From: Macrostomum lignano
Lineage: Eukaryota
Direction: 5' to 3'
DNA: 64,000 bases
Assembly (NCBI GenBank): GCA_002269645.1
Contig: NIVC01003261.1
Coordinates: 1-64,000, forward strand
The notes under the pieces were generated by a model. The model had not been told where the DNA came from. It was given only the letters and a program-made list of their open reading frames with translations, and ran no database searches. This document shows positions 47,270 to 60,439 of the stretch, piece by piece (position 1 is the stretch's first letter; every line of letters starts with the position of its first letter). A program made the translations under genes and the position numbers.

Positions 47270-47936
47270 CAGAATATGTTGCAGAATATGTTGCAGAATA
47301 TGTTGCAGAATATGTTGCAGAATATGTTGCAGAATATGTTGCAGAATATGTTGCAGAATATTTTGCAGAATATGTTGCAGAATATGTTGCAGAATATGTT
47401 GCAGAATATGTTACAGAATATGTTGCAGAATATGTTGCAGAATATGTTGCAGAATATGTTACAGAATATGTTGCAGAATATGTTACAGAATATGTTGCAG
47501 AATATGTTGCAGAATATGTTGCAGAATATGTTGCAGAATATGTTGCAGAATATGTTGCAGAATATGTTGCAGAATATGTTGCAGAATATGTTGCAGAATA
47601 TGTTACAGAATATGTTGCAGAATATGTTGCAGAATATGTTACAGAATATGTTGCAGAATATGTTGCAGAATATGTTGCAGAATATGTTACAGAATATGTT
47701 GCAGAATATGTTGCAGAATATGTTACAGAATATGTTGCAGAATATGTTGCAGAATATGTTGCAGAATATGTTACAGAATATGTTGCAGAATATGTTACAG
47801 AATATGTTGCAGAATATGTTGCAGAATATGTTGCAGAATATGTTGCAGAATATGTTGCAGAATATGTTGCAGAATATGTTGCAGAATATGTTGCAGAATA
47901 TGTTGCAGAATATGTTGCAGAATATGTTGCAGAATG
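47270..47936. repeat. 12-bp minisatellite (GCAGAATATGTT), ~55 copies
   Basis: Direct reading. Confidence 0.97.
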
Positions 47937-48834
47937 CACTCCTCATTAAATAATGATGTTCTACCGCAGACAGCCTTGGGACGAGACAAATGCATTAAGG
48001 AGATCGGATTTGGAAAGTCGTTTACCTTCGAGATGAGAAATTATCTATTAATCTCCATCAATCCCAGATAAAGGAGGTAAAAAATGTAAAACTTTTTCGT
48101 TTGCACACAGTTGATTCTGTCGCTAGTTAATAGACTTCACAGCCTGTAAGTATATTAAATATATTTAATAGTAGCATAACGGTTTATAACGATAAAGTTT
48201 CATGTGAGCAGCGACGCAAGAAATTGAGGGAAGCAAATTATAGAGGTGGTAATTAATTCTTAAAATATTTATTATCGATCAGACCGACACCAACTTAAGG
48301 AAAAGTGCTTTCAGAAATGATTAGAAATATAAATAAATGTGTAAGATAGCTAGACTATAATTTGTTAGATAGACAACAAAAGCGTAAAAAAATTGTCAGA
48401 TTCACACTGCTTTTTTAAGTAAAAACAATAGAATAACGAAGCTTCTTAGTAGCGAGTTCACTGTTGACTGGAAAGAAAATTTAAATTAAGGGAATGTCGT
48501 ACGCATGTTCTTGCTACGCTACTAAATCGGAAATTTGTTGAGTAGTATTTAGAGAGAATTGTAGCCACCTGTAAATATAATATCATAATATGTTATATCG
48601 AATGTCCTAGCTAGCCGGATCTGAATGATTACCTTGGTTTTGTAAAAAAGCGAGCTTAGTATTTGGAGTGTTCGAGCCACGAAGGCGCATCATGAAGGTT
48701 TTAGACGAGTGTTTGTTTAATATTAGTTCGCCTTACAGTCTCAGCATGTTATAGCTCGTATCCAGCCTTTTTGTCGATAGCCATCTCGTTTTAATGTGGC
48801 GCGCGCTGATAAGATAGTGAAATCTCAGCGCCTC

Positions 48835-49050
48835 CTGTTTAACGCTTTTATCAACTGTTATCTCTATACCCCGTCGCTCAAAGTAGGCACGCGCTGATTG
48901 GCTGGTGAAATCTCTGGCCTGACACCCACCTCAATTCCAGCACCCCCTACCCTGTTCAACGCTTTTATCAACTGTTATCTCTATACCCCGTCGCTCAAAG
49001 TAGGCACGCGCTGATTGGCTGGTAAAATTTCTAGCCTGACACCCACCTCA
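48835..49050. repeat. Two-copy ~117-bp direct duplication
   Basis: AACGCTTTTATCAACTGTTATCTCTATACCCCGTCGCTC occurs at 48841 and 48958. Confidence 0.85.
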
Positions 49051-49203
49051 TTTCTATTCGCCCCTCATTAAGGGCCATCTGTCTCTACTCCATTTCTATG
49101 AGTATTGTAGTCCAATGACTCTTCTCCAGCTGTCTTCTCTATTTCAGCATATCGTGCATCAAAAACTGCAAAAGTACCAAAGTCTAAGCCGTAAAGTTTT
49201 CAA

Positions 49204-52200
49204 TTAGTTAGTGGGAGCCGGGGCTGCCTTGCCCTGGCAGAAGCCCTGCTGGCAGGCCTGGCAGCTGCTCTTGTCGTGCTTCTGGCTCGGATTGCCAGCT
49301 CGGCGCCACATCTGCACAGTCTTGTCCCCGATGCTCACCTTGTACAGGGTTTGGCCGATGCGCCAGAACACGTTGTACAGCACCTAGAAGCGAAAAGCAT
49401 AGAGTCACTCGCAGAGTCACTCGCAGAGTCACTCGCAGAGTCACTCGCAGAGTCACTCGCAGAGTCACTCGCAGAGTCACTCGCAGAGTCACTCGCAGAG
49501 TCACTCGCAGAGTCACTCGCAGAGTCACTCGCAGAGTCACTCGCAGAGTCACTCGCAGAGTCACTCGCAGAGTCACTCGCAGAGTCACTCGCAGAGTCAC
49601 TCGCAGAGTCACTCGCAGAGTCACTCGCAGAGTCACTCGCAGAGTCACTCGCAGAGTCACTCGCAGAGTCACTCGCAGAGTCACTCGCAGAGTCACTCGC
49701 AGAGTCACTCGCAGAGTCACTCGCAGAGTCACTCGCAGAGTCACTCGCAGAGTCACTCGCAGAGTCACTCGCAGAGTCACTCGCAGAGTCACTCGCAGAG
49801 TCACTCGCAGAGTCACTCGCAGAGTCACTCGCAGAGTCACTCGCAGAGTCACTCGCAGAGTCACTCGCAGAGTCACTCGCAGAGTCACTCGCAGAGTCAC
49901 TCGCAGAGTCACTCGCAGAGTCACTCGCAGAGTCACTCGCAGAGTCACTCGCAGAGTCACTCGCAGAGTCACTCGCAGAGTCACTCGCAGAGTCACTCGC
50001 AGAGTCACTCGCAGAGTCACTCGCAGAGTCACTCGCAGAGTCACTCGCAGAGTCACTTCCCAGGTTCGCAGGCTCCTCAGAACCAGAGTTTACCTTTTCA
50101 ATTTCTTCAGGATACCACTGTGGCTCCTCAAACACAGTGTGCTCTCCCTGCCGGTGGCCCTTGGTCTCGTGGCACTGCTGTTTGAATAGCCGAAAGTACA
50201 GGCTGTACCCTCTTGGCAGCAGCACCTCGCTGGTCTGCGGATCCAGCAGAGGCGTGGCGCCCTCCAGCCTGAACAGGTGGAACACGATCCGGCCCTTCAT
50301 CGAAGTCCACTCCTTAGGGCATTGCTGCGAATTGTTTGTTGCATTAATTATTTATAAAAAAGAGAAATTTAGATTTAGAAAATTTTAGTTTCTTTTCGAT
50401 TAAGTATTTCCAGCGCCCAGATAATCCAGTCGAGGCAGCCACTCCCCCCGAAGTCATGGGACGGGGTAGAAAATGATTGAGTCACGGGACGGGCTAGGAA
50501 TTGAGTGAGTCACGGGACGGGCTAGGAATTGAGTGAGTCGCGGGACGGGGTAGGAATTGAGTGAGTCACGGGACGGGGTAGGAATTGAGTGAGTCGGGGA
50601 CGGGTAGGAATTGAGTGAGTCACGGGACGGGCTAGGAATTGAGTGAGTCACGGGACGGGGTAGGAATTGAGTGAGTCGCGGGACGGGGTAGGAATTGAGT
50701 GAGTCACGGGACGGGCTAGGAATTGAGTGAGTCGCGGGACGGGGTAGGAATTGAGTGAGTCACGGGACGGGCTAGGAATTGAGTGAGTCACGGGACGGGT
50801 AGGAATTGAGTGAGTCACGGGACGGGCTAGGAATTGAGTGAGTCGCGGGACGGGGTAGGAATTGAGTGAGTCACAGGACGGGGTAGGAATTGAGTGAGTC
50901 GCGGGACGGGGTAGGAATTGAGTGAGTCACGGGACGGGGTAGGAATTGAGTGAGTCACGGGACGGGCTAGGAATTGAGTGAGTCACGGGACGGGCTAGGA
51001 ATTGAGTGAGTCGCGGGACGGGGTAGGAATTGAGTGAGTCACGGGACGGGCTAGGAATTGAGTGAGTCACGGGACGGGGTAGGAATTGAGTGAGTCGGGG
51101 GACGGGTAGGAATTGAGTGAGTCACGGGACGGGCTAGGAATTGAGTGAGTCACGGGACGGGGTAGGAATTGAGTGAGTCGCGGGACGGGGTAGGAATTGA
51201 GTGAGTCACGGGACGGGCTAGGAATTGAGTGAGTCGCGGGACGGGGTAGGAATTGAGTGAGTCACGGGACGGGCTAGGAATTGAGTGAGTCACGGGACGG
51301 GTAGGAATTGAGTGAGTCACGGGACGGGCTAGGAATTGAGTGAGTCGCGGGACGGGGTAGGAATTGAGTGAGTCACAGGACGGGGTAGGAATTGAGTGAG
51401 TCGCGGGACGGGGTAGGAATTGAGTGAGTCACGGGACGGGGTAGGAATTGAGTGAGTCACGGGACGGGCTAGGAATTGAGTGAGTCAGGGGACGGGTAGG
51501 AATTGAGTGAGTCACAGGACGGGGTAGGAATTGAGTGAGTCACAGGACGGGGTAGGAATTGAGTGAGTCACGGGACGGGGTAAGAACAAGGACAACTGAA
51601 GTTACGTTATATATAGGACGCGACAGTCAGCTTTCGTGGAAATTTTTTTGGAGGCCCGTAAGCCGTATAAAGTTCTACGTACATAAGCCTAGGATTCGAC
51701 CGCTACAAATAGAGCACAGGACTGTGTGTGTTGTAATAAATCATTCAGGTTTTCATTTCTTACTAAACTTGATAAGCTGACTTCACCTACTAATTAAAAT
51801 AATTATACCACGTTCCTTTAATGGCCAATAACAATATGCATTTTTTAATTTGGATTTGTGAAATACTGGTTTTCTTGTTTTCTTTTTTGCTGACAAACAA
51901 TGTTTCTTTATATCACAAATGTCAACAAGAGACCATGTTTACAAAGCAAATTTTTTATACTTATTATAGATCCAGATCCAGGTCCTTCAGGTAAATTTCT
52001 GCTTCGTCGCAGATGCTTTGTCGAGTTTGCTATTGTTTTTCATCAGTTTTTTTGTTTTCCGTTTTGTCTCACTCTAACGCAAGCCAAAAATTTACTCACT
52101 TTTTTGATACTCGTAATAATAAACAAATGGCATTTGACAGTGAAATTTTCTAAAATACATAAACTGTTTTATTTTACACTTGCTTAATGAGATTATTAGT

Positions 52201-55200
52201 TTACAAACTAAAAAATCGTTTTCGCAATTGACCAGGAATTGTGACAGGAATTGTAAATTTTAAATTGCACGAAATTGCGTTGTTTTCACTCTACTTAACT
52301 GTACGCTGCTTATACATGTAGTCTACTATTTTATTACTGACATTTTAACGAAAAACAAAATTCTGGACCTAACACCGAAAGAATTAGCTTTCTACGTGCA
52401 ACTAGTCGAAAATTACATATATGTGAAGACCAGGCCTCCAATAAAAATTACACGATACGCGAGTGTCGCGCCCTACTACTTCAGTTGTCCTTGGGTAAGA
52501 AATGAATGAGTCACGGGACGGGCTAGGAATTGCGTGAGTCACGGGACTCGCCAGCGTAGTCGCGTGAATGATCCTAGAAAAAAAACTTTGATGTTGCCTC
52601 CATCTAATTATTTTAATATGGTCGCAAAAAACTGTTGACCGCGGAATGATCATCCGGAAGTCCATTGCCCAGCAATTCAACAATGCTGCCTGGGTAAAAA
52701 AACTCAGTGGTCGGGGCGGAGATGATCAGGTCGTTAGGTTGAGGGCCAAGTTTATACTATTGGTGCAAGAAATAGTTTAGAGCTTAGAGCATCTCTAAGC
52801 TGATTCTAAATTAGCAAAGAAAACATACTACTAACAGCGACAACTGCAGTTCCAACCATTTGAACAACATATGAACGGGTTAGAACGGATCGGTCAACCA
52901 AAGATATGCCGATTAATTTTTGCGTACTTACTTCGTATTTATCTAGTCGATAAAGATAGAGAAAGTTTCGAAAAACAGGATATACAAAACAATGCTAAAT
53001 ATCTGACTATCCGGACAGAAGGAATTAAAATGACGAGTCCTGTCTGTGTTACGAAGCCCTCTGAAGATCGCCAATCCAGCCGCATGTCCGTGAGAGGCAT
53101 TCCTGACAACTCGTTTCTGAGATCTGAAGCCTAACGATTCCATCGTTTGCTTATTAACATCTTCCTCAGTCCGCACACCCACCTCACTCCTTGCACCCAC
53201 CTCACTCCTTGCACCCACCTCACTCCCTGCACCCACCTCACTCCCTGCACCCACCTCACTCCCTGCACCCACCTCACTCCCTGCACCCACCTCACTCCCT
53301 GCACCCACCTCACTCCCTGCACCCACCTCACTCCCTGCACCCACCTCACTCCCTGCACCCACCTCACTCCCTGCACCCACCTCACTCCCTGCACCCACCT
53401 CACTCCCTGCACCCACCTCACTCCCTGCACCCACCTCACTCCCTGCACCCACCTCACTCCCTGCACCCACCTCACTCCCTGCACCCACCTCACTCCCTGC
53501 ACCCACCTCACTCCCTGCACCCACCTCACTTCATGCACATCGAGGCTAACTGGATTTATAATGAAGGGCCACCTCTCAACAGTTCCACAGAAAATTCATT
53601 CAACTGAAATGTGGCTAGATGGACGCATCCGATCCACAGTGGCTCAGAAGTTTTATTGGAATTTAAAAACAACGTCACAAGTCTGTGTTTGCGTATGAGA
53701 AAATAAAGATTAGAATTAGTGGCACTTTTTCATGCACCCTTTTACGCAAGTATTGCGAAGTAAGCGTTCGGTATCTAGTGACAGGGTGACTAAGAATTTT
53801 CAACAAACGTCCTTTTCCTTCCTGGACTATAAACCAAAGTTAATTACTCCGTTTACCTTGTTATCAGGCGAGTCAAAACTGCCTAAAATTGTGCGAAAAT
53901 TGTTCAATTTTCGGAAATTTTTCTGAATGAACCAATAAGAGCTTACTCGTAGATACGAGCGAATGACTGAAGATAACAATATTTTATCAGCACCTTATCA
54001 AGAGCACTTTCAAAAGTTTTACTATCAGAAACAGCCTTACCGAACACCTGAACCGAACTTTGGCACCATCGTAGAAAGAATATCCGATGATTGATAGTTG
54101 GATTAACACCGACTGCTGCACCACCAAGTTGGCGTGCGGCAGCAGCTGCGGCACCAGCACCTGTTGCGTCAGGGGCGCAGGTGTGTGCCACATGCTGCCG
54201 TAGCTGCCTTGAGGCGGCAGTCCGTCCGTCAGGGCACGAATTTTTGCCTCCATAGCGTCGTCCATGAGGCCCAAGCTGGCGGTCGACTCGCTCCAGATGA
54301 TGCCCTCCGTGAAGTATTCGAGGCTGCGACTGAGCGCAGCGATCAGCTGGCAACGCTGGCGCAGAAACTCCGCGTCCCATTTTTCGCGAATCTCCCGGCT
54401 GAAATGCAGTGTAGCGGCTTTGGACGGCTTGATCTGGTGGCACTTAGAATGTTTAAGGAGTGAGGTGTGGGGCTGGGGAGTGAGGTGGGTGCGGGGCAGG
54501 GGAGTGAGATGTAGGGCAGGGGAATGAGATGTAGGGCAGGGGAGTGAGATGGATGAGGAGCAGGAGAATGAGGAGGGTGAGGAGCAGGGGAGTGAGGTGG
54601 GTGATGGGCAGGAGAGTGAAGTGGGCGAGGAGCAGGGGAGTGAGGTGGATGAGGGGCAGGGGAGTGAGATGTAGGGCAGGGGAGTGAGATGTAGGGCAGG
54701 GGAGTGAGATGTAGGGCAGGGGAGTGAGATGTAGGGCAGGGGAGTGAGATGTAGGGCAGGGGAGTGAGATGTAGGGCAGGGGAGTGAGATGTAGGGCAGG
54801 GGAGTGAGATGTAGGGCAGGGGAGTGAGGTGGGCGAGGAGCAGGGGAGTGAGGTGGGTGAGGAGCAGGGGAGTGAGGTGGGTGAGAGGCAGGGAGTGAGG
54901 CGAGTGAGGGGCATGATGTGGGGGGGGGGTATAGCTAGCATTGGAAGGCTCAAAAGGGCGGTCAGAAAGCTTTCATCCATTTTGCTTCATAATGAAATGC
55001 ATTTGACACTTTTAAGATTGCATCTATTTTATTTTTGATATTTTAGACGAAAATGATGATTCCATGCTTTTCCAGAGCCCCAGAGTGCTTTCAAAAAGGG
55101 TGCGGCCTGTGGTTTTTGGTTGCCTGGCCAGCGAAGGCAAGCAGATGGGTGGGGGGAGCCTGTTTCAGGGGATAAGGTTGCTCTTATTGAAACTTCTTTG

Positions 55201-58200
55201 CTGAGTTCTCCCTCGGAGTACGTGGTTCGTTTAAGGCGGTGATTATATTTTGTTTAAACGGCCCGAGCTGTTGAAGCAAAGTCACTTTTTGCTGTTGTTT
55301 AGAGGAAATACGGAAAGCAGAATTGAGAACGCAAATTGCGTGTCGAAGTTCATGTCAACAGTAAATAGCTAATTTTTACCCGAAGTAATGGGCACTCACC
55401 CTATAGACACTGTCCCTTTAGACACTCACCCTATAGGCACTCACCCTATAGACACTCACCCTTTAGGCACTCACCCTATAGACACTCACCCTTTAGACAC
55501 TCACCCTATAGACACTCACCCTTTAGACACTCACCCTATAGACACTCACCCTATAGACACTCACCCTATAGACACTCACCCTTTAGACACTCACCCTATA
55601 GACACTCACCCTATAGACACTCACCCTATAGGCACTCACCCTATAGACACTCACCCTTTAGACACTCACCCTATAGACACTCACCCTATAGGCACTCACC
55701 CTTTAGACACTCACCCTATAGACACTCACCCTATAGACACTCACCCTATAGACACTCACCCTTTAGACACTCACCCTATAGACACTCACCCTATAGACAC
55801 TCACCCTATAGGCACTCACCCTTTAGACACTCACCCTATAGACACTCTCCCTTTAGACAGTCTCCCTATAGACACCCTCCCTATGGAAACTCACCCTATA
55901 GACATCCTATAGACACACCCTTTAGACACTCACCCTATTGACACTCATCCTATAGACACTCACCCTATAGACACTCACCATATAGACACTCACCTTATTA
56001 TAGACACTCACCCTATAGACACTCTCCCTATGGACACTCACCCTATGAACAGAATCCTCATACACAGAAAGGGATCTCACTCAGTGCAGAATCCCCATAA
56101 ACACACAGGAAGGGATATCACTCAGTGCAATATCCCCATAAACACAAAGGTAGGGATCTCACTCAGTGCAGAATCCCCATAAACACACAGGAAGGGATCT
56201 CACTCAGTGCAGAATCCCCATAAACACACAGGAAGGGATATCACTCAGTGTAGAATCCCCATAAACACACAGGAAGGGATATCACTCAGTGCAATATCCC
56301 CATAAACACAAAGGTAGGGATCTCACTCAGTGCAGAATCCCCACAAACACAGGAAGGGATATCACTCAGTGCAGAATCCCCATAAACACACAGGAAGGGA
56401 TCTCACTCAGTGCAGAATCCCCATAAACACAGGAAGGGATCTCACTCAGTGCAGAATCCCCATAAACACAGGAAGGGATCTCACTCAGTGCAGAATCCCC
56501 ATAAACACACAGGTAGGGATCTCACTCAGTGCAGAATCCCCATAAACACACAGGTAGGGATCTCACTCAGTGCAGAATCCCCATAAACACACAGGAAGGG
56601 ATCTCACTCAGTGTGGAATCCCCATAAACACACAGGAAGGGATCTCACTCAGTGCGGAATCCCCATAAACACACAGGAAGGGATCTCACTCAGTGTAGAA
56701 TCCCCACAAACACAGGAAGGGATCTCACTCAGTGTGGAATCCCCACAAACACAGGAAGGGATCTCACTCAGTGCAGAATCCCCATAAACACACAGGAAGG
56801 GATCTCACTCAGTGTAGAATCCCCATAAACACAGAGGAAGGGATCTCACTCAGTGTAGAATCCCCATAAACACACAGGTAGGGATCTCACTCAGTGCAGA
56901 ATCCCCATAAACACACAGGAAGGGATCTCACTCAGTGTAGAATCCCCAAAAACACACAGGAAGGGATATCACTCAGTGTAGAATCCCCATAAACACACAG
57001 GAAGGGATATCACTCAGTGCAATATCCCCATAAACACAAAGGTAGGGATCTCACTCAGTGCAGAATCCCCATAAACACAAAGGTAGGGATCTCACTCAGT
57101 GCAGAATCCCCATAAACACAGGAAGGGATCTCACTCAGTGCAGAATCCCCACAAACACAGGAAGGGATCTCACTCAGTGCAGAATCCCCATAAACACACA
57201 GGAAGGGATCTCACTCAGTGCAGAATCCCCATAAACACAAAGGTAGGGATCTCACTCAGTGCAGAATCCCCATAAACACACAGGAAGGGATATCACTCAG
57301 TTTAGAATCCCCATAAACACACAGGAAGGGATCTCACTCAGTGCAGAATCCCCATAAACACAAAGGTAGGGATCTCACTCAGTGCAGAATCCCCATAAAC
57401 ACACAGGAAGGGATATCACTCAGTGCAATATCCCCATAAACACAAAGGTAGGGATCTCACTCAGTGCAGAATCCCCACAAACACAGGAAGGGATATCACT
57501 CAGTGCAGAATCCCCATAAACACACAGGAAGGGATCTCACTCAGTGCAGAATCCCCATAAACACAGGAAGGGATCTCACTCAGTGCAGAATCCCCATAAA
57601 CACAGGAAGGGATCTCACTCAGTGCAGAATCCCCATAAACACACAGGAAGGGATCTCACTCAGAGCAGAATCCCCATAAACACACAGGAAGGGATCTCAC
57701 TCAGTGCAGAATCCCCACAAACACAGGAAGGGATATCACTCAGTTTAGAATCCCCATAAACACACAGGAAGGGATCTCACTCAGTGCAGAATCCCCATAA
57801 ACACACAGAAAGGGATCTCACTCAGTGCAGAATCCCCATAAACACACAGGAAGGGATCTCACTCAGTGTAGAATCCCACGGGCAGTGCTGATTGGTGTCC
57901 AGTCGCAGACAGCACGGCTGAGGCAGAAGTCGCAGGTGAAGGCATCGGACCTGTAGCAGCGTACAGAGCGGCAGCGTCCAGGCTTGTCAGACCGGCCATC
58001 AGGTCGAAGCTGCTGTCCACCGACGACATTGGAGCCGGAGCTGGGATTTGCCCGGCTGCTGCGATTGCCTGCTGTTGCTGCTGCTGTTCAATCGCACCTC
58101 CAGAGGCCGTGGCCCCTGGCCTCTGCACCATGGCCAACAGTTGCCTCTGGGTTGCCGCAGCTGCCGCCGCCGCAGCAGCAGCCGCCGCAGCAGCCGCTGC

Positions 58201-58272
58201 AGCCGGATTTGAGCCGCTACTACTGCTGGAACTGCAGGCACCAACTGGCCCGGCTGTGCTGAAGGCAAGCAT
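49204..58272 (-). CDS. zf-3CxxC (RTP-like) zinc-binding protein with a low-complexity N-terminus
   Basis: Exons ~58272-57880, 54433-54041, 50324-50094 and 49383-49204 join in phase 0. They give [25 protein letters not shown]...FRLFKQQC...[24 protein letters not shown]...[23 protein letters not shown]. The start codon is uncertain; a possible 5' exon ends at 60525 (donor GTGAGA). Confidence 0.85.
49401..50056. repeat. Perfect 12-bp minisatellite (AGAGTCACTCGC), ~54 copies, nearly the whole last intron
   Basis: Direct reading; the intron spans 50093-49384. Confidence 0.97.
50455..51586. repeat. 28-bp minisatellite (TGAGTGAGTCACGGGACGGGGTAGGAAT), ~40 copies; resumes at 52494-52547
   Basis: Direct reading. 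Confidence 0.95.
51587..52493. mobile_element. 907-bp non-autonomous hAT-type element
   Basis: 16-bp TIR CAAGGACAACTGAAGT / ACTTCAGTTGTCCTTG and 8-bp TSD GGTAAGAA (51579-86 and 52494-501). AT-rich interior without a credible ORF. Confidence 0.85.
53175..53530. repeat. 18-bp minisatellite (CACCCACCTCACTCCCTG), ~20 copies
   Basis: Direct reading. Confidence 0.95.
54470..54910. repeat. Degenerate 20-bp purine-rich repeat (GGGCAGGGGAGTGAGATGTA)
   Basis: Direct reading; ends ~35 nt from the acceptor at 54434. Confidence 0.85.
55391..56045. repeat. 15-bp minisatellite (GACACTCACCCTATA), ~43 copies
   Basis: Direct reading. Confidence 0.95.
56055..57879. repeat. 39-41-bp minisatellite (CAGAATCCCCATAAACACACAGGAAGGGATCTCACTCAGTG), ~45 copies
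   Basis: Direct reading; the array reaches the exon boundary at 57880. Confidence 0.95.
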
Positions 58273-58944
58273 ACCTGTGGGATCCGCTCTAAGGAAAGTC
58301 AATCTGTTGTGGCGTGATGTGGCCGCTCTTACTGCCGCACTTGCCTCGTTGCGGTGTCTTTAAGCAGTTCTGTTGCGCAGATCGGCGCTCCCTAAAATTG
58401 AGACAAAAAATATCACGCCAAAGCCAGAAAATATCACTCGCGTCTGCATGCAAGCATTCAGGGCAATAAAGGAATTTCCTGCAAAGCAAATCGAATATGT
58501 CTATTAGAAACCGACAGTATCTCAGTGTTCTTTCTTTCAACCAGTGGCTCGAATAAAAATGCGTAGCATCGAGAGGTGGCGGCCCGCCAATCGATTCAAC
58601 ACTGCAGGTTGAGCTTAAATTGTTCATTTAGAAATTTGGGGCGGCACAAGAAGAACCTGCAGTGACTCCGACTGTCTCCTCTCACGGAGACCTCATTTCG
58701 CGACACACGCGGCACTGGCACGAAGTGCGCAGCTCAAGACGGAGGGCCGGCCTTCTCGAGCGCACTTCCACTGGGGCCGCAGCTTTCTTCGAATGTCCGA
58801 GTTTTGTTTTGCTACAGAATTGTCTGTTCGTGCTCATCGGAGGCAATGCTCTCTCCCTTTCTCCCACTTGTGCATTCGTAACCGAATTAAAATTATAACT
58901 AAATTACAAACATTAAAAATTCTTGTAGATAAGAATTTCTATTT

Positions 58945-59510
58945 GCCATCCAAGGGGCGCCAACCTAAGGGCGCCATTCAAGGAGCGCCATCCTAAGGGC
59001 GCCATCCAAGGGGCACCATCCTAAGGGCGCCATCCAAGGAGCGCCATCCTAAGGGCGCCATCCAAGGGGCGCCATCCTAAGGGCGCCAGCCAAGTGGCGC
59101 CATTCAAGGGGCACCATCCTAAGGGTGCCATCCAAGGAGCGCCATCCAAGAGGCGCCATCCTAAGGGAACCATCCAAGGGGCGCCATCCAAGGGGCGCCA
59201 TCCTAAGGGCGCCAGCCAAGTGGCGCCATTCAAGGGGCGCCATCCTAAGGGCGCCAGCCAAGTGGCGCCATTCAAGGGGCACCATCTAAGGAGCGCCATC
59301 CAAGGGGCACCATCTAAGGAGCGCCATCCAAGGGGCGCCATCCTAAGGGCGCCATCCAAGGGGCGCCATCAAAGGGGTGCCATCCAAGGAGCGCCATCCA
59401 AGAGGCGCCATCGTAAGGGCGCCATCCAAGGGGCGCCATCCAATGGGCACCATCCTAAGGGCGCCAGCCAAGGGTCGCCATCCAAGGAGCGCCATCCAAG
59501 GGGCGCCATA
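58945..59510. repeat. Degenerate GGCGCCATCC(T)AAGG-based array
   Basis: Direct reading. Confidence 0.85.
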
Positions 59511-60074
59511 CAGGTATGACATACAAGGGCGCCCTCCTTCGTGTGCCAAAGCTCCTGCGAAGGGGTTCCATCTTGTATTTTCTTAAATTTTTTTGCTATA
59601 ACGATTGAAATAAATAAATTTCCTGAGTAAAAAGTGGCGTAGCCAATAGGCCTAAAAAATACGTTTTTAATGGATAAAATGAAAAATAGCTACCGAGGAA
59701 AATGGACTTATTCGGCTGTCCGCATGTACAGTGTGTGGCCTACAGCATTGCCGAATACAGCCTGGGCTACTCTTGCTTGCCGCTTCCAGTTCTGCCTAAA
59801 TACACTGGATGAATGCTTTTACCTGTTCCAGCGCTCTTAGACCTGCATAAACCTGCAAATAAAACCCAAATGCTTGAAATGCTTCATCAACTTTCTATAT
59901 GCGCTCATTTTCACTAACTGGCACTTGAAGATCTGTTTATTGCCGTGCAGCAGGGGTCAGCGGTCTCCTCTTACACGAGAAATCAATCCGCTTTGACAAC
60001 AGCTTTTCGATATCGGCTGAAAGACAGAAATGCTTGGAATTTCTTCTGCCATACTCATCAGGTTGAACTATAGT

Positions 60075-60439
<365 letters not shown>

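Noticed and set aside
47200-48071. Long ORFs in several frames (CNIF, SATY, LQNM, CRIC repeats)
   Set aside because: Artefacts of a stop-free 12-bp array with no unique coding flanks. The same applies to ORFs over the arrays at 21124, 27447, 38912, 53147, 55388, 59021, 60058 and 61640.
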